A stretch of 64,000 bases of DNA from Octopus vulgaris (GCA_951406725.2 OX597818.1:63798001-63862000); one strand, 5' to 3'. Shown: positions 15,071-30,343, counted from the first letter of the stretch. Numbers and translations: made by a program. Notes: generated from the sequence alone by a model not told the origin.

Positions 15071-16208
15071 AATACAATAACCATCGTAGTTGTTGATGTA
15101 ATTATTTTCAATTCATAAGTTTGTTAAATATTCTGTACTCATTAACATGATTCATAAGACAGGCACCAAACTACGCTGTTTAAAAACAGCTACATTTGAA
15201 AATATTACAAACCTAAAGAATACCAAAGATGAGACTGATTAAAATAATATAGCGTGTTATATTGATTTAGAAATCGATACATCATGTGATATTTTAATCG
15301 GCTTTCACAGTATTATAAGCAGCTGCTTCGTTTTTAGCTTTGAATCAGTTTTAATGAGCTGTTAATTTTGTTTATATCTTAGTCATATGCAAGAACAATG
15401 ATTATGACCTTGTTCAGTGCTTCGTAGATTCCTCAGACGAAGTACGGAGCATCTCTTCCAACCAGAAACAAATTTTGAATTCTTTTAACACATTGAACTA
15501 TGCTACTGGAAAGGAAAAGATAATCTTTGAGAAGCTTATGCATTACTAAATTATAACGAAATGTAGTTCACCTCACAGGTCAAAAATCCGTTGCTGTTTA
15601 GAAGCGATTCATTCCGGTGAATGAATATATGAAGTCTCATCCATAGAAAAACAACAATATCCAAGCCATTTCATAATATTAGTGTTACTGCAGCAAAAAA
15701 AAGTGTCTTTGTAGAAGTGTACTTTTAATGCATGATTAATCCAAACGTACTGCCTGATTATTTAATTTATGTAAATGGCCTTGATTCACAGCACCATTCT
15801 GCTACAGAGGAGATTAATTTTGGATCTCATTTCATCATCCGGTGAATATCGATGATGATAATTTCCTATAAAAAATTGTGCTTCGTATAATAAGAAGCTG
15901 ATCGCTGTCAGTGTGTTATATCAGAATACATATATTATACCATTTTATAATATTTTCTAATCTCCTCTTACTACATAATCTCATTGGGTATCGATGGACG
16001 TCTCACTTGATTTCGAAGGTCACTGTTCGATAATAGTAGAACGTTTTGTTTACCTAAATAGTAGCTCCTCAAATCTTGTATATTAATAACGATTGTACCG
16101 ATATAAGAATATTACTTTCATTTTTGTCATCATGACTTCCTCTCGTGCAACTATTTTAAATATTTTCATTCCGTTAATCTCCTTCAGTTGATTCATAATC
16201 CCTGCATG

Positions 16209-16514
16209 AGGAGGCACATATCCTAGTGGTTAGAGCAGCGGATTCGCGGTCGAGGGACCGCGGGTTCGAATCTAAGATCGGGCGATGTGTGTGTTTAATG
16301 AGCGAAACACCTAAGCTCCACGCGGCTCCGAAAGAAAGTAATGGCGACCTTCTGCTGACTCTTTCGCCACAACTTTTTCTCACTCTTTCCTCCTGCACCT
16401 TGCAGCTAACCTGCGACGGACCGGCATCCCGTCTAGGTGGGGAACCTATGCGCCAAGAAAACCGGGAAACCGGCCCTTATGCGCCAGGCATGGCTCGAGA
16501 AGAAACAAACAACC
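16209..16514 (+). mobile_element. tRNA-headed SINE, head C + tail Y
   Basis: CCTAGTGGTTAGAGCAGCGG A-box and GGTTCGAATC B-box; TSD ATCCCTGCATG at 16198-16208 and 16515-16525. Confidence 0.9.
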
Positions 16515-17311
16515 ATCCCTGCATGCTTTATATTTTGACTGCGTTATAATTCTCATGCATTTTATCCCTTCATTAGGCGGAGTAACATCAGTGTTTGATA
16601 TATTTTACCGTTTCCCGTTGAAACTCCCTCGATTGCCATTTCAGCCTTTTGCAGGTAACCTTGTCGTAATGTGGCTCAAGCCACCTGAAAACATATGTTT
16701 CTTTTTTAACCGGACAGATAAATAAATTGACTTTCTTTCGTTGTTCTCACTCTTTCGATGGTGTTGGTCTCACGTGGGGGATTTCTGCTTCAGTTAGGAT
16801 TTGCTTGATAAGCAGCAACACTTTCTCACTTTGATGTTGACACTAAAGCCGGCCGCTGAAATATAGACACATAATTAAATGGTATTTGAAATTTGGAAAA
16901 ATGGCAAAAATACAGTCATCAGCACATTCCCATATCTGTCGCTGATTTAAACTGTAACGAGAAGGAAAAGGAAGAGGCGAGGTGGGAGGTTGTGTATGTA
17001 TGTATGTATGAAACAGAGCTGTGTTAGATAGTAAGTAATTTCACAATATATTTATTTGTATATTCAATATTCTCGTAATTCTTGTATTTGTAAATATTCT
17101 CGTAATTCCTGTTTTTGTAAATAAATAAATAAAATAAATATATTACAACTCAAATATCTAAATTGCTAAGCTGAATTGTTTCAGAACATATTTGAAATAA
17201 TAATATCATTTTAGGTAATATAAAATTGTTACATATTCAGATGTGAAGCTGCTGAATGCTACTAGAATATGAATCAAAATTAAATCATATTCAAACAAGA
17301 ATTGCATTCTT

Positions 17312-17483
17312 GTTCTATATTTAAGAGATGAGGAATCATGTACATTATTTACATTTGAAGGGTATTTGTCCTCATCTTGTTTGTTGTTAACAGAACGTTT
17401 CGGCTGAGATACCCTCCAGCCTTCATCAGGTGTCTTGGGAAATTTTAAACCTGGGTTCTCAATGTTCAGGTATTTTTCGATGT
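17312..17483 (-). mobile_element. Short HHR-bearing element (PLE pLTR/retrozyme-like), copy 1
   Basis: Minus strand 17389-17434 reads GACAC-CTGATGA-A-GGCTG..CAGCC-GAAAC-GTT-CTGTT; homologous copies at 53578 and 54269. Confidence 0.75.
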
Positions 17484-17504
17484 TATTATTATTATTATTA
17501 TTGT

Positions 17505-18342
<838 letters not shown>

Positions 18343-18820
18343 TGAGTAAGAGAGCAGCGCATGTCATCTAAGTGACACTGGTGCAAAATATACGAAGCCC
18401 AGTATACCCATCATGACTACACTTCTGATAAGGGTACACAGCACATGACCTTGCAGTGGGGTCCAGTTAGAAATTTCTTCTGGTCGAGTAACCCATTCTA
18501 CTCAAAAGGTCCCGGAATAAGGGTTGTTTAAGGATGTTGAACGAACCATCCATGCTTCCAGATGTGAATTATTCAAACCCCAAACACTTCCTCCCAACAC
18601 ATGGCTATGATGCTCCCCCACTACTTCTGCTCATGATCAGAGATGCACATATCGTCAGCCACTGAGGGACATACCCAACTGGTTAAGGTCAAACAACTGA
18701 CAAACAAATCTGTGGCATTGAGCAGAATATTTGTTGTAGCCTTTTATACCAAAACAAAAAATGTACATGATAACACTTCCAATCAGTCAAGATCAGAAGC
18801 CATGAGCGCCACTGCCTGGG
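18343..18820 (-). mobile_element. Non-coding interspersed repeat abutting (TAA)n (possible Dong-dependent SINE or 3' UTR)
   Basis: Segment 18480-18545 recurs in the opposite orientation at about 9122-9190; orientation inferred from the (TAA)n junction. Confidence 0.55.
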
Positions 18821-20038
18821 TGTTGATATTCCATGGATATCACTTTAATTCTCTTTTAATAATTTGTCTGCACTTAAATATTCCTCAACACATCGCAATA
18901 ATTCTCTAACAGCTTCGTGTTTCTAAAATATAAGATCTTAATTCATGCTGAAATTTGTTGATGAGCTTGAAGTTGTGTGAACGTACATAGCAAAATACCG
19001 GTTCCATGGGAAAGCGACAAAATATTGTTTGCATCGGAGGTTAATGAACTGCTCATAATGGTTCAAGTTTATTTTCTAGTTTAACTTTTGCATACTAATA
19101 TTGGATTACTAAAAGATAATTAAATAGATAAATGTTTTAACATCACCTGAAGTCATAAAATGAAAATAATCACAACTGACCCCAAATCATTGCATATCTT
19201 GATTAAAGCAATATTTTTTTGCAAAAGGAGTTTCACAGAGAAATGTGATATCAGCAGCCTTCAACCAATTTAAAAGGCGGCATATTGCTATTGAACAAAT
19301 GTGTAAATTAACAAAGGTCTTTTCTAGGTTTTTAAATAAATCACGAGTAATGGGGGAGTAGATGGGAGCATCTGTTTCCTCCGGCTGCAACTGTCTTCTA
19401 CGCAAATTGTCATTCACTTAATCGCACATGGCAGGCATGTTAGAAGCACATGAGGTTCTCTGATCCAAACCCGGAAGTTGTATAATGGATCATCGTTAGC
19501 ATGATACACTCTCGGCCCTTTAATTAGAAGCACATCAGATATACATGTGGATGTGTATCAGTGTATGTAAGTGACGTTGAGCGACTATATATATTTGTAT
19601 GCGTGGGTATTTATATAAAAATAAACGTATAAGTGTGTGTGTGTGTTTGTGTGTGTGTGCGTGTACGTAAGTCTATATTTATATATATATACACACACAT
19701 TACCATCATTTAGTCATTAATTGATTAGATCAGCTGCTCTTCAAATCCAATTCTAAATAGCCAAAGATAGAAAATTAATCCCCCTGTAGACGATGCACAT
19801 CTGAATTATGCCATTTCATGTACAATGTTTAAAAACTGAATCGAGAAGAACCAGATGTTCACTGAAGGAAAGATTTATACCTCGTCGACGAATGATAATT
19901 TCTGATATCAGTTTCGCTAAACTTCCCTTTGAAGGTATTCAATATCTACTTTGTCGGAAACAAATGATGTTATTATATGTATATCTGAAAGATATAAATA
20001 CAATATCATGTAAAGGAATGCGTGAAGTCATGTGAATT

Positions 20039-20138
20039 NNNNNNNNNNNNNNNNNNNNNNNNNNNNNNNNNNNNNNNNNNNNNNNNNNNNNNNNNNNNNN
20101 NNNNNNNNNNNNNNNNNNNNNNNNNNNNNNNNNNNNNN
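20039..20138. other. Assembly gap (100 N)
   Basis: Run of 100 Ns. Confidence 1.
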
Positions 20139-23100
20139 GTGTGTATATGTGATTCTGTGTCCGTGTGTTTTGTCTTGCTCTCTTCATGCGTGTTGTAACT
20201 TTTATACTAATTGTATTCCCAAACAGAAATATAATATTATGAGAGAATCACATCCCTCATCTAATTACAATACGAAAAAAGTTGGGAAATGTTATATTGA
20301 ATACAATAAAACTATGTACAACCATAACGGATAATTGAAGTAATAGTGTGTACCGAAATGTAGCTTTAGTGTTAGTGCGTCATGGCTAATAAAATTACAA
20401 TTTTGGAAATATAAAATTACATTAAATTCAAAGGTAAAGAAAATAGAAATATTTTAAATCTGTGAGAAATATATGGTATAAAATAAAAAGAGAAACTATG
20501 TGAGACAATAAATGAGGAATATTCATACTACAATGTTAATTTAAAATGTAATTAACTATTAAATTGAAATGAATTGATGAAATAAAACCAATATTTCCAT
20601 TTATTTCCTATCAATACTTCAGACAAACAAACATATTGACTAATATCCGTCTCATTTTCTCTTTCATATTTGATTTTTAATAATGATCTTTCGCATCTGT
20701 ACTCTCTTCAATATATTTTCTCTCATATGCATCCATTTCTACATTGCAGCAAAATATATAACAGCCATTTGTCAAAATCAATATATGCCCTATGTCTATT
20801 AGAATGATCTGTTTTGAATCTCAGAAATATAAATGATTGGAAAAAATTAACTAAACATTTGGTGTTGCTATAGATATCGAAAGAAATTTGAACGATATTC
20901 GTTTCTGTCCCTTAATATCCCTTGAGATGTTAGAGGTGTTCCCTTGTGGAAAAAAAATAAATCATATTCATTGCGTTATTTTTTTTAACTTACTCCAAGC
21001 TTGCCATAATTGATTCTCTTGCAGCACATTAACTATCCATTTCCGTTTTCAACAAGCACATCACAAGAAATAGAAAGTAACTAAGGGCAAATTTAAAAAC
21101 CACTCACGTCCCAGATAGAGGGCCAATGGTCCTGAAAATGCTCTTCAATGATCCAAAAGGAATTTAGTGTTGTATGTCGATACAAACAAACTCACCGAAA
21201 TATTATTAGCTTCATCTTTAATTTCTTAACACATTCACAAAGGGAGAGGAAATAGAAACATTTGGAATATATTAAATTGCATCTCTCTCGCTTTCCTCCG
21301 GGGCAATGTCCTTTCCTTTTCAGCGTCTGAGACCAGGGAGGTAAATTCTAACAACCTCTAGCCTGAAAGTTTATGAAAAGGCCTATATGACTATAAAAAC
21401 ATGCTGTATTTTATTTCCAAAATTAAACGAAAAGGAGACATCTCAACGCCCAGTCGCCGAAATACAATATTGTTTTCCTTTCTTATTGTACTTAATGACC
21501 ACACAGAGATTGCTTCCGTACATACCGTTTACAAAAGCGATCACCTATACAATACACTAGTTATTTAACAACACCGAATGTTTGGTTAAAAGCTGGGTAC
21601 TTGACCTCGAATAACCAAACATTTCAACCGCGAATCTGCAGTCAAATCTCCAGTCAAACTTGTCCACTCATGTTGTCCATGCATTAATGTTGTCTTCCGT
21701 ATCTTAAATAATTTTCTTCTTCTCAGATCATCCAACGCGGTGGACGATGTTTGAACCATCTTCGTTACACACTCTACTAACTCACTCAAGTTGTCACTGA
21801 GCCCTGTATTGTGACCAACACGTGCACTCTCACATTGATATAAGTTTCGATGAAGATAGTATAGTCCTTAACAATTTAACATGTCCTTCAATGCATCCCA
21901 TATGTCACCTGCAATTGTCATATCCTAGCAAAATAACATGTGAAAATGGATCTCCATTGTCTTAATAGAGAGATAATTATTCATGCGGACACTGATATAT
22001 AAGCAATGAATATAAATCCGTGGTAATTAAGGACTCAATCGAAACCATGTCAATGGATTCCAACACGTTATTACATGATAGTAAATCCAACAAATATTCG
22101 CAAATGTATTTGCAATGGCAGCATTCCAGTAAATTTTCCTTCAAATAATTTACAAGATAGTCATTGAAAAATCCAGAGAGCCTCATCATATCTCATCCCC
22201 TAAAAGCCTGAACTATAACAAATATATTTCTATTTCAAAGTTTAGGCCATAGAATTACTCCAGATGTTTGTGTTGATTGCGTCAGGTACGTATACAATAA
22301 CCTACAACTTTGATAATTTTAATAGCGTTCAGCAATATTTTCTCTACTCTACTGAGAACTACTAAACTACTAAGCATGGGTAAATAATGTCTTGAGAAGT
22401 ACACTGAAATTCAAATGTGGCATATTGAAACTTATTGTTTATTTACAAAGGTGTCATTGAAAATTTCCCATGAAAGTACCATCCACTGAATTTCATTTAT
22501 TTACAATTAATCAAATTGCTTTATGTTTCCCCTTGTTATAGGTATTAAGTTCCTCCGTGATCGGACATAACGTCGATGGAAAATATGTAATATTCATTTG
22601 TGCCCCACGTTATGCATAGTTAATTATGCATATTGTTTATACACTACCTCCACATGCATTTGCCAAGAAAGTCCCCTCCTTAATATAGTTATTGCAGGCT
22701 GAAGACTGAAACTTTGAAGAGAGAGTTAAGAAAGGAAACCTAACCGGTCTCGATATGTCTGCAAATTCAAAAAGCAGATTAAAGGAAATGGAGGGGAAAT
22801 GAAAGGAAAATCTTATTTCCCTATGACTAAAACTCAATTTCCATACCAATAAAACCTAATCGTAGTCATAGAATAATATATTTCAATCAGCAATGCTTTT
22901 CTTGGATATTCAAATATACTCATTTAGATACACAACAACGTCAAACCCATTTTGTTATTTTGTAAGTAGAAACACCATCAGCTAAAAGACTAAAGGCATT
23001 AAACCTAGAGAACAATAGCCTCGAAAGCAGATGTGTCATTTTGCTTAATATTGTCCTCCTTATATCTGAAAGTCCTATCCAAATTGTGACAGCTTTGGCT

Positions 23101-23978
23101 ATGTAACGACGTGAGAGTGTAATTAGTAACATAAGAGGATATTAACAGCAACAACACTAGCATCATCACCTTCAGCAATTAGAACAACGACAACCCCGCA
23201 CCCTACAATAAAATGTCCTACGTAGTGATTAATCATTTTTTAATAATTGCTCATCAGCTTAGCAATTTTCATTATGCCCTTCAAACTTATGGAGCATGGA
23301 ACCACAGTAGAACAAATATTATAAATGGAATGTAAGGTAACTCAAAAACATGAATGATTTCGATAGAGCAGCACCGACAGTATTCTTTGTGATTAACAAA
23401 GTTTTTTTAAACAAATTATTCAGTATTTCTGAATTATTTAGGAAATGTAACTCTCTAACTCTACGTTTTATCGAAAAGAGGTTTTTCTTTACGCAATCTT
23501 GAATTTAGAATTTGATAAAAACCAAATTGTGGAACGTTACTATTTTATCTCACCAACAATAAACAATTGGCAAATTTCATTACAGAATCGAAATTCGTGC
23601 GGGAAGTCTCGATAAGGTTGTCATTTGCCGACAAAGATAAACCAATAAAAAGTTGGAAGTTGGAACTTATTATCGTTATGATATTCTGTTATTATTGAAT
23701 TATATTGGCTTTTTCACTGCAGTGAACACACTAGAGTTAAGTCATGTATCAGACTATTGGAGATGTTCCAACATATATTTAATGCTTATCTAGAAAAGTC
23801 TGAATGAGGAAAACGTTTTTGATTTGGATAACAAAGTATTTCTATATTCTGAGACTTGGAGATGACTGCTTTAAAATAAACGTTGGTATATATACATGTA
23901 TTTCACTTAGGCGTAGCTAGGCTGGTGTAGAGCTCAATATGCATAAGGCGCAGAACACAATCTTAGATGAGATTATAT

Positions 23979-24272
23979 TTGCACTAGAATTGAGATGACA
24001 CTGGAAAAAACAAAGACTGTGTAATGAACTTCATTACTTTACAGCTGTTTCTAAGTGTGATGGGCTCTTTGTTGCACTAAAATCGAAGAGATGACACTGG
24101 AAAAAACAAAGACTGTGTAATGAACTTCATTACTTTACAGCTGTTTCTAAGTGTGACGGGCTCTTTGTTGCACTAGAATTGAAGAGATGACACTGGATAA
24201 AACAAAGACTGTGTAATGAACTTCATTACTTTACAGCTGATTCTGCTATGAGGTGTGACGGGCTCTTTGTTG
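23979..24272. repeat. Tandem repeat, 3 units of about 93-105 bp
   Basis: TTGCACTA(G/A)AAT...GATGACACTGG...CTTTACAGCTG...GGGCTCTTTG units start at 23979, 24072 and 24168. Confidence 0.92.
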
Positions 24273-26125
24273 AGTTCCAGATGACACAACCTAGAACTTT
24301 ATTAGAGCCTTGAATATGAAATGTAATTTAAATGGGAGAATTTACATTTCAAGAACACAGAGGAGTTAGGATGAAGATGTTAATGTTGATGCCTTTGGAA
24401 AGACCTGTCCAAATGTAGTAAAAGATATGCAATTACACGCATGCGCATATACCATAATGAAAATAAAAGAAAACATAAGCAGACATATTGTCACGCACAA
24501 ACAGGGGAAGATGGCGAGAGAGAGAGAGAGAAAGAGAAAGAGAGAGAGAGAGAGAGAGGGCATAAAATATCGAGAGATGCAATTTTCCCCAATAAAATGT
24601 ATCAATGCTCTGATGAAGCTATAGGATGTTACCCTCGTGCTCGAGTAGCACATCTCACAGTTCATGCATGACATGATTTCTTGTCGATGATCCACTGGAG
24701 AATGTGCAGTACACTGCTCCCTTAATCAACCAAATGTGACTTGCCTATTATATATATTATTCCGTGAAAATGAAATCAAATATAGTATTAATGAAATCAT
24801 ATATGGTATTAATTAGAGCCAGGGTAGCGATATTTGTCTCTTAAAAGTGATCACTGATATTCTGTATGTTATATGAACTTCAATGTTTCATGTTTCTCCT
24901 GAAGATGCGAAGAGGGAAGCATATTTGCTGAAATTAGGGTCCTAGGAATTTATTTTAAATAGGGGTGAACTCTGTGAAAAGGGTTGTTGTCTTCAAGTAA
25001 TCGAATATGATAATCCAAGACCTTAGAAGTAAATGGAAAATGAAAAGTTTGACATCTATCTTATCCCGGTAGGGTTTGGTTCTCTCTTATGCGATATGTG
25101 GGACTCTTCGTTTTTTGCTGTTCTTTTATAAGTTATTTCACATGATTTTGAAATATTTTTTCTGTGGCACACGCAAATTCTTTGTCTATTCTGTAAGTAA
25201 ATTACCTTCTCTGTTAACCCTGAGGCAGTAACAGAGAAAGGATATTATTTACACCGATGTCTCCCATGATTTAATTAATAGTTCGTCTAGAACTAACAAA
25301 ACTAGTAAGGAATTTTTCTAATATTTGCACTACAAATTATTTGAGTGAGAAGATGAATAAGGAAAATAAAGCAAACAAATCTTACTACTGTGATGTACTC
25401 TGGTTGTGTAACGTATCTAATCTTACATCGAATAAAAATATGGCTTTGATTCACTTCTCTATTTTTCTATAAAATAATTGCACTGATGTGTCTAGACATC
25501 TTCATATATCAGAGGGAAAAATATTGCTCTACATTTCCTGAAAAGCAATTATCAGAGTTGAAAATAAGATTACAAGTAATTCATTCCATTGTGATTCTAG
25601 CAAGATCAGCAAAAAAACATCTACATAGAGTTTACATATATAGATGCATGTTCACATTACATACAACGCCACACACTCCTGCACGCGAATACACACACAC
25701 ACACACTCATAAACACTTGCGTATGTATATGCATGAGTAATATTTTGTTTATAAGTAAAATTAAAAGAATTTGAAAATGTTACTTTGAGGCTCTTAAGAG
25801 CGTATAAGTTTTGTTTCCATTATCGTTGAAAATTTACACTTTTCAACATATTCAAATGTAGTGAAAGGTCTAAGTGTGCGACGCTAGTATCTCGCTTGTG
25901 AGTAACTTTGAAAAGTTACTGCTGCTTTTCGAGAGAATACGACTGAACGTTCCTCAGCTGTCACAGGTTTTAACATCCTTTTTTTAATATACTTACTTCT
26001 TTTCCTGGTTATTCTACGTATGGAGTGAAATGTGAATTTCCATCGTGTTTTGTTCAGAAGGCTATAAGCTATTTATCAATTTTCCTGCCTACCATTTATG
26101 TTTCGTGGTGGTATTAGAGATACGA

Positions 26126-26346
26126 AGGCGGCGAGCTGGCAGAATCGTTAGCACGCCGGTCGAAATGCTTAGCGGTATTTCGTCTGAGTTCAAATTCCGC
26201 TGGGGTCGACTTTGCCTTTCATCCTTTCGGAATCGCTTAAATATGTACCAGTTACGCACTGAGGTCGATCTAATCGACTTAATCCATTTGTCTGTCCTTG
26301 TTTGTCCCCTCTTTGTGTTTAGCCCCTTGTGGGGAGTAAAGAAATA
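26126..26346 (+). mobile_element. SINE B monomer
   Basis: Family B sequence; TSD GGTATTAGA(G/C)ATACGA at 26110-26125 and 26347-26362. Confidence 0.92.
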
Positions 26347-27372
26347 GGTATTAGACATACGAGTCATTTTTGTTATAACTCAGAGTTTAACCCCAATTTT
26401 ATTGCCTATGGACCACTTTGATTGCCAATTTTCTCAGACAGACCCTCATAACCATTCCATGTTTATAAACTATTATATTTTTATAGTGAAATAACATTAG
26501 AAATGGTATAAAAACTTCCTAAAACTTTTTGTCTATTGTAGCACTATAACCAATTTATTGTACATAAATTTTCACAAAATCTTACACGGATTCCGTTTGA
26601 GAAACACTGTTATAACAGAACACTTTCCAAGCTATTTCAATGCTTCTAGATCCAATGAATTCGCAGCAGTGCCATATGCTACTTTCGTTTTTAGGCTCAC
26701 AATCTCCATCAGACAACGTATAGAAGGTTGCATATTTTTATCTGTAAATAATCGCCGCAGTAAAAATTCGCATTTATTCTCTCACCACTCCACAAAACTA
26801 GGTCTGAATATTGTAAGTCTCTTCACTCAACGTTAAATATTTCTTTCATGGTAATATCTATATTCAAATGTCAGGTCAGGTGTGAGAACATGCGACGTTG
26901 CGGCATTTACAATTTGTCGGTATACACTCCGGGTGTATTACCGAGTCTTCCCCGGGCGATCCGTCCAGCAGAATCCCTATCCACGTGACAAATCTTCGTC
27001 AGACGCCACTCTGTGGTCCGTGGTCAACCTACATGGACCGTCAAATTCGCCGGATGCCCGGGGGAAAAACCGAGCAACAAAGCAAGTAAAAGGACACTTT
27101 CCTTCCCATCCTAGGCACTTGGACATTTCTCCTGTAAAGACATATAAGTGACTACATTTACTAAAAATTCCTGACTTATTTTCAAATCACTTCCAGAAAA
27201 TTTTATGGAGCTAAATATTTCCTGATTTCTGTCTCTACACATTCTCCACGATGTGATACACTTCTTACTAGAATGTGCTTACATTTTCTTTCATGTGTCT
27301 CAATTTCCTTAGAATGTAATATGACAGTCGTTTTGGCGAAAGTTTTATTTATTTCTAATAGTTCAAAACTGA

Positions 27373-27648
27373 GTGGAGGCGTAATGGCACAGTGATTAGC
27401 GCAGCGGACTCGCGGTAGAAGGATCGTGGTTTCGATTCCCAGACCGGGAGTTAGGTGTGTTTATTGAGTGATAACACCCAAATTCCACGAGGCTCCGGCA
27501 GGGGGTGATGTCGACCCCTGTTGTACTCTTTCGCCCCAAATTTCTCACACACTCACTTCCTGTTTCTTGAGTAACGCTGCGATGGGCTGGCGTCCCGTCC
27601 AGCTGGGGGGAGAGCACATACGCCACAGAAACCGGGCGCATGAATAAA
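27373..27648 (+). mobile_element. SINE, head C + tail Y
   Basis: Similar to the 16209 copy; TSD AATA(G/A)TTCAAAACTGA at 27357-27372 and 27649-27664. Confidence 0.88.
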
Positions 27649-27704
27649 AATAATTCAAAACTGAAGCAAAACAGTCATAATTTTCCATATTTCTCCGGTA
27701 GGTT

Positions 27705-28017
27705 TGGAGTATGTTACGGTGACAAGTTTTCCATTAATCGACGGAACAGACCGATTGCAAAATTAATGTGCAAGTGGATGAGCACAACACAGATACGGAT
27801 ATATTTAAAATAGTTCTTAGCGTGGTTAAAGGTGACACAGAATGGGATAAGGCTGGCTTTTTGAAATATACTTACCGTTCATTTTTGCCAGCTGTGTTGA
27901 CTGGGGTAACGTGAAATGAAATGTCTTGCTGAAGAACACAACGCGCTGCTTTTATTATAACTCTCGACCTTACCATCGTCCACGGAATGCCCTAACCATT
28001 AAGCTACGCGTGTTCAC
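27705..28017 (-). mobile_element. Degenerate SINE, head D (CORE-like) + tail X
   Basis: 27880-28017 matches the reverse complement of 36218-36360; 27705-27860 matches the reverse complement of 54665-54825. Confidence 0.7.
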
Positions 28018-28383
28018 CTGGGCAGGGGCACTTAATACGCTGAAGCAGTGATTTATCTCTGCGAGTCATTCTCAATTCTGACAACACCGGTCATATCATT
28101 ATCCTGATATTTACCATATTGTTTTTTCGTACAGAGCCATCATAGCAAAAATATCCCATGATGCCTACAGGTCAATATCGATAATTCTTTCAAATGAACA
28201 CGAAACATACAATAATACACCAGTTTTAAAGTAGATAATCGTTAATTCTTTTGGGATTACCGATTGAATTTATGATTAGATTATTACTGTATAAAGGAGA
28301 AATACTTATAAAATCGATGTAAGAATCATTGATTCAGAATATCTTCCTATGAATGCAAGAATTTCTAATATTAAGTAGTAGCA

Positions 28384-28575
28384 AGGAGGCGATCAGGCGG
28401 AATCGTTAGCATGCGGAATTTTGACCTTTCGAGTTCAAATTCCGTCCTGGTCGACATTACAATTTATCCTTTCGATGAAGATAAAATAAGTACCAGTTAA
28501 GCGCTGGAGTCGGTGTAATCAACTTAACTCCTTTTCCCCTAATTCTCTGGCCTTTTGCTGCAATTCGAAACCAAT
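28384..28575 (+). mobile_element. Old SINE B-related monomer (second tail type)
   Basis: GAGTTCAAATTCC...TCCTTTCGA..GATAAAATAAGTACCAGTT. Confidence 0.7.
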
Positions 28576-28935
28576 AACGAGGAATAACTCTTGCATATCG
28601 CAGGATAAAATGTAGTAAAAATTAAGTGGGATTGATATAATGGAAATATATCGGCCGCTCAAATAATGATTGCAAAATATAGTTGTGCTGCGCCATAAAT
28701 CAAGTGAAATATATTTTAATTATCGGGAATAAAAGACATAAAGGTTTTATGATGCGAAATTAATTATAAAGTAAGCAATATCTCAAACAATGCAATGCCT
28801 TGTCGTGTTTGGATCTATAGAGATTCCTCTAATTAAACCAAAAACTATATTTCGCTTATTGTTCCATTATTATTGTACATCAGTTTACAATACAAAACAT
28901 ATCTGGATATATATTATAGCGGTATAGCTTCAAAT

Positions 28936-29173
28936 AAGGCAGCGAGCTGGCAGAATTATTAGCACGCCGGGCGAAATGCTTTGGGGTATTTCGTCAGCCG
29001 TTACGTTCTGCGTTCAAATTCCGTCGCGGTCGTCTTTACTTTACCTTTCATCCTTTCGAGGTCGATAAATTAGGTACCAGTTACGCACTGGGGTCGATAT
29101 AATCGACTTAATCCGTTTGTCTGTCCTTGTTTGTCCTCTCTGTGTTTAGCCTCTTGTGGGTAGTAAAGAAATA
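28936..29173 (+). mobile_element. SINE B monomer
   Basis: TSD GGTATAGCTTCAAAT at 28921-28935 and 29174-29188. Confidence 0.92.
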
Positions 29174-30255
29174 GGTATAGCTTCAAATTCATATATTGTT
29201 ACATGGAATAATCAAGTTCAGTTTTTCTTGATTTCGGCTTCACCACGGGGTCAAATGTGTTTTATAATAAATATAAATGAATACTATTTTCATTGAGGAA
29301 AGTAATTTAATTCTAATCAAACACTTATAAACGACTAATAGCTATGGTATATTCTTTCAAGAGATACTAACTGTGGGAATTATGTAAAACATTAAAACAT
29401 AGATATCCAAGATATATAAAAATCTACTAAATATCCTAATTTATAAAATAAACTTTGAAATAGTTGCACTTATATTCTTTCAACAAATGTGTTCTCAATT
29501 TAAATGAGAATATATATTCAATGAAAAGAGATAATTTTAGTACAACAATTGGAAACAAAGGATGATATTTGTAGCGTTTACTGTGAGTTGAGAATTGTTA
29601 AGAAGGGTAAAAATGAAAATAATGTGAATCGTAGTGTTGCGTAGATTTTTCGAATACATTCAAATCTCTTTGGAAAACTGTTTTACTTCAACTAGATTTG
29701 ACACAACGAGATACATACAATATTATTTGTATATGAAGACTGATGATACAAAAGAAGCTAACGAATGTATTAATAATATCAATCGAATAATTTATAAAAG
29801 TACTATCTTAATTCTACATATGAAATCTTCAGATACTTCAGTTGAACTTATCATAACTGATTGGGAAGGAATAGAAACATTATTGGCAACTCTTATCGTA
29901 GCCCATTATAATGCTTTTCATTTCATACTTGAAAATATACAATAAATTTTAATATGCTTATATATTTTATTTCATTCTTGCAATTTAACGATTACGTCTA
30001 CAACATCTACGCAGGATGAATTTTGCTATGCATCGATCTATATAATTCTAACTGACTCCTCTCTCTTTCTCACTCCCCCCCTTTGTCTCCCCTCTCTCTT
30101 TCTCTCTGTATAAACAATCACACACATATACACAAGTATATATGTATATACATTCAAACATAGACGGAGGGAGAGGGAGCTATAACAGTTGAACTTCTGT
30201 TATATCACGAAAGATATAGGTGAGTATGTGGGAGTGTATGTATACATAAATATAT

Positions 30256-30300
<45 letters not shown>

Positions 30301-30343
30301 TACACATATGTATATATATATATATATATCGGTGAGAGAGTTG

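Noticed and set aside
16209-16290. tRNA-like cloverleaf heads (also at 1259, 10474 and 36218)
   Set aside because: They continue into SINE bodies, often with TSDs, and lack a proper acceptor stem and terminator; not tRNA genes
20740-23130. Faint LINE-like peptides (INDWKKL; LTQVVTEPCIVTNT; minus-strand VYLNIQE and HVILLGYD)
   Set aside because: Too decayed and on conflicting strands to call without a profile search
23979-24272. Regularly spaced repeats resembling a CRISPR array
   Set aside because: Whole units are repeated with no unique spacers, no cas genes, and the context is eukaryotic
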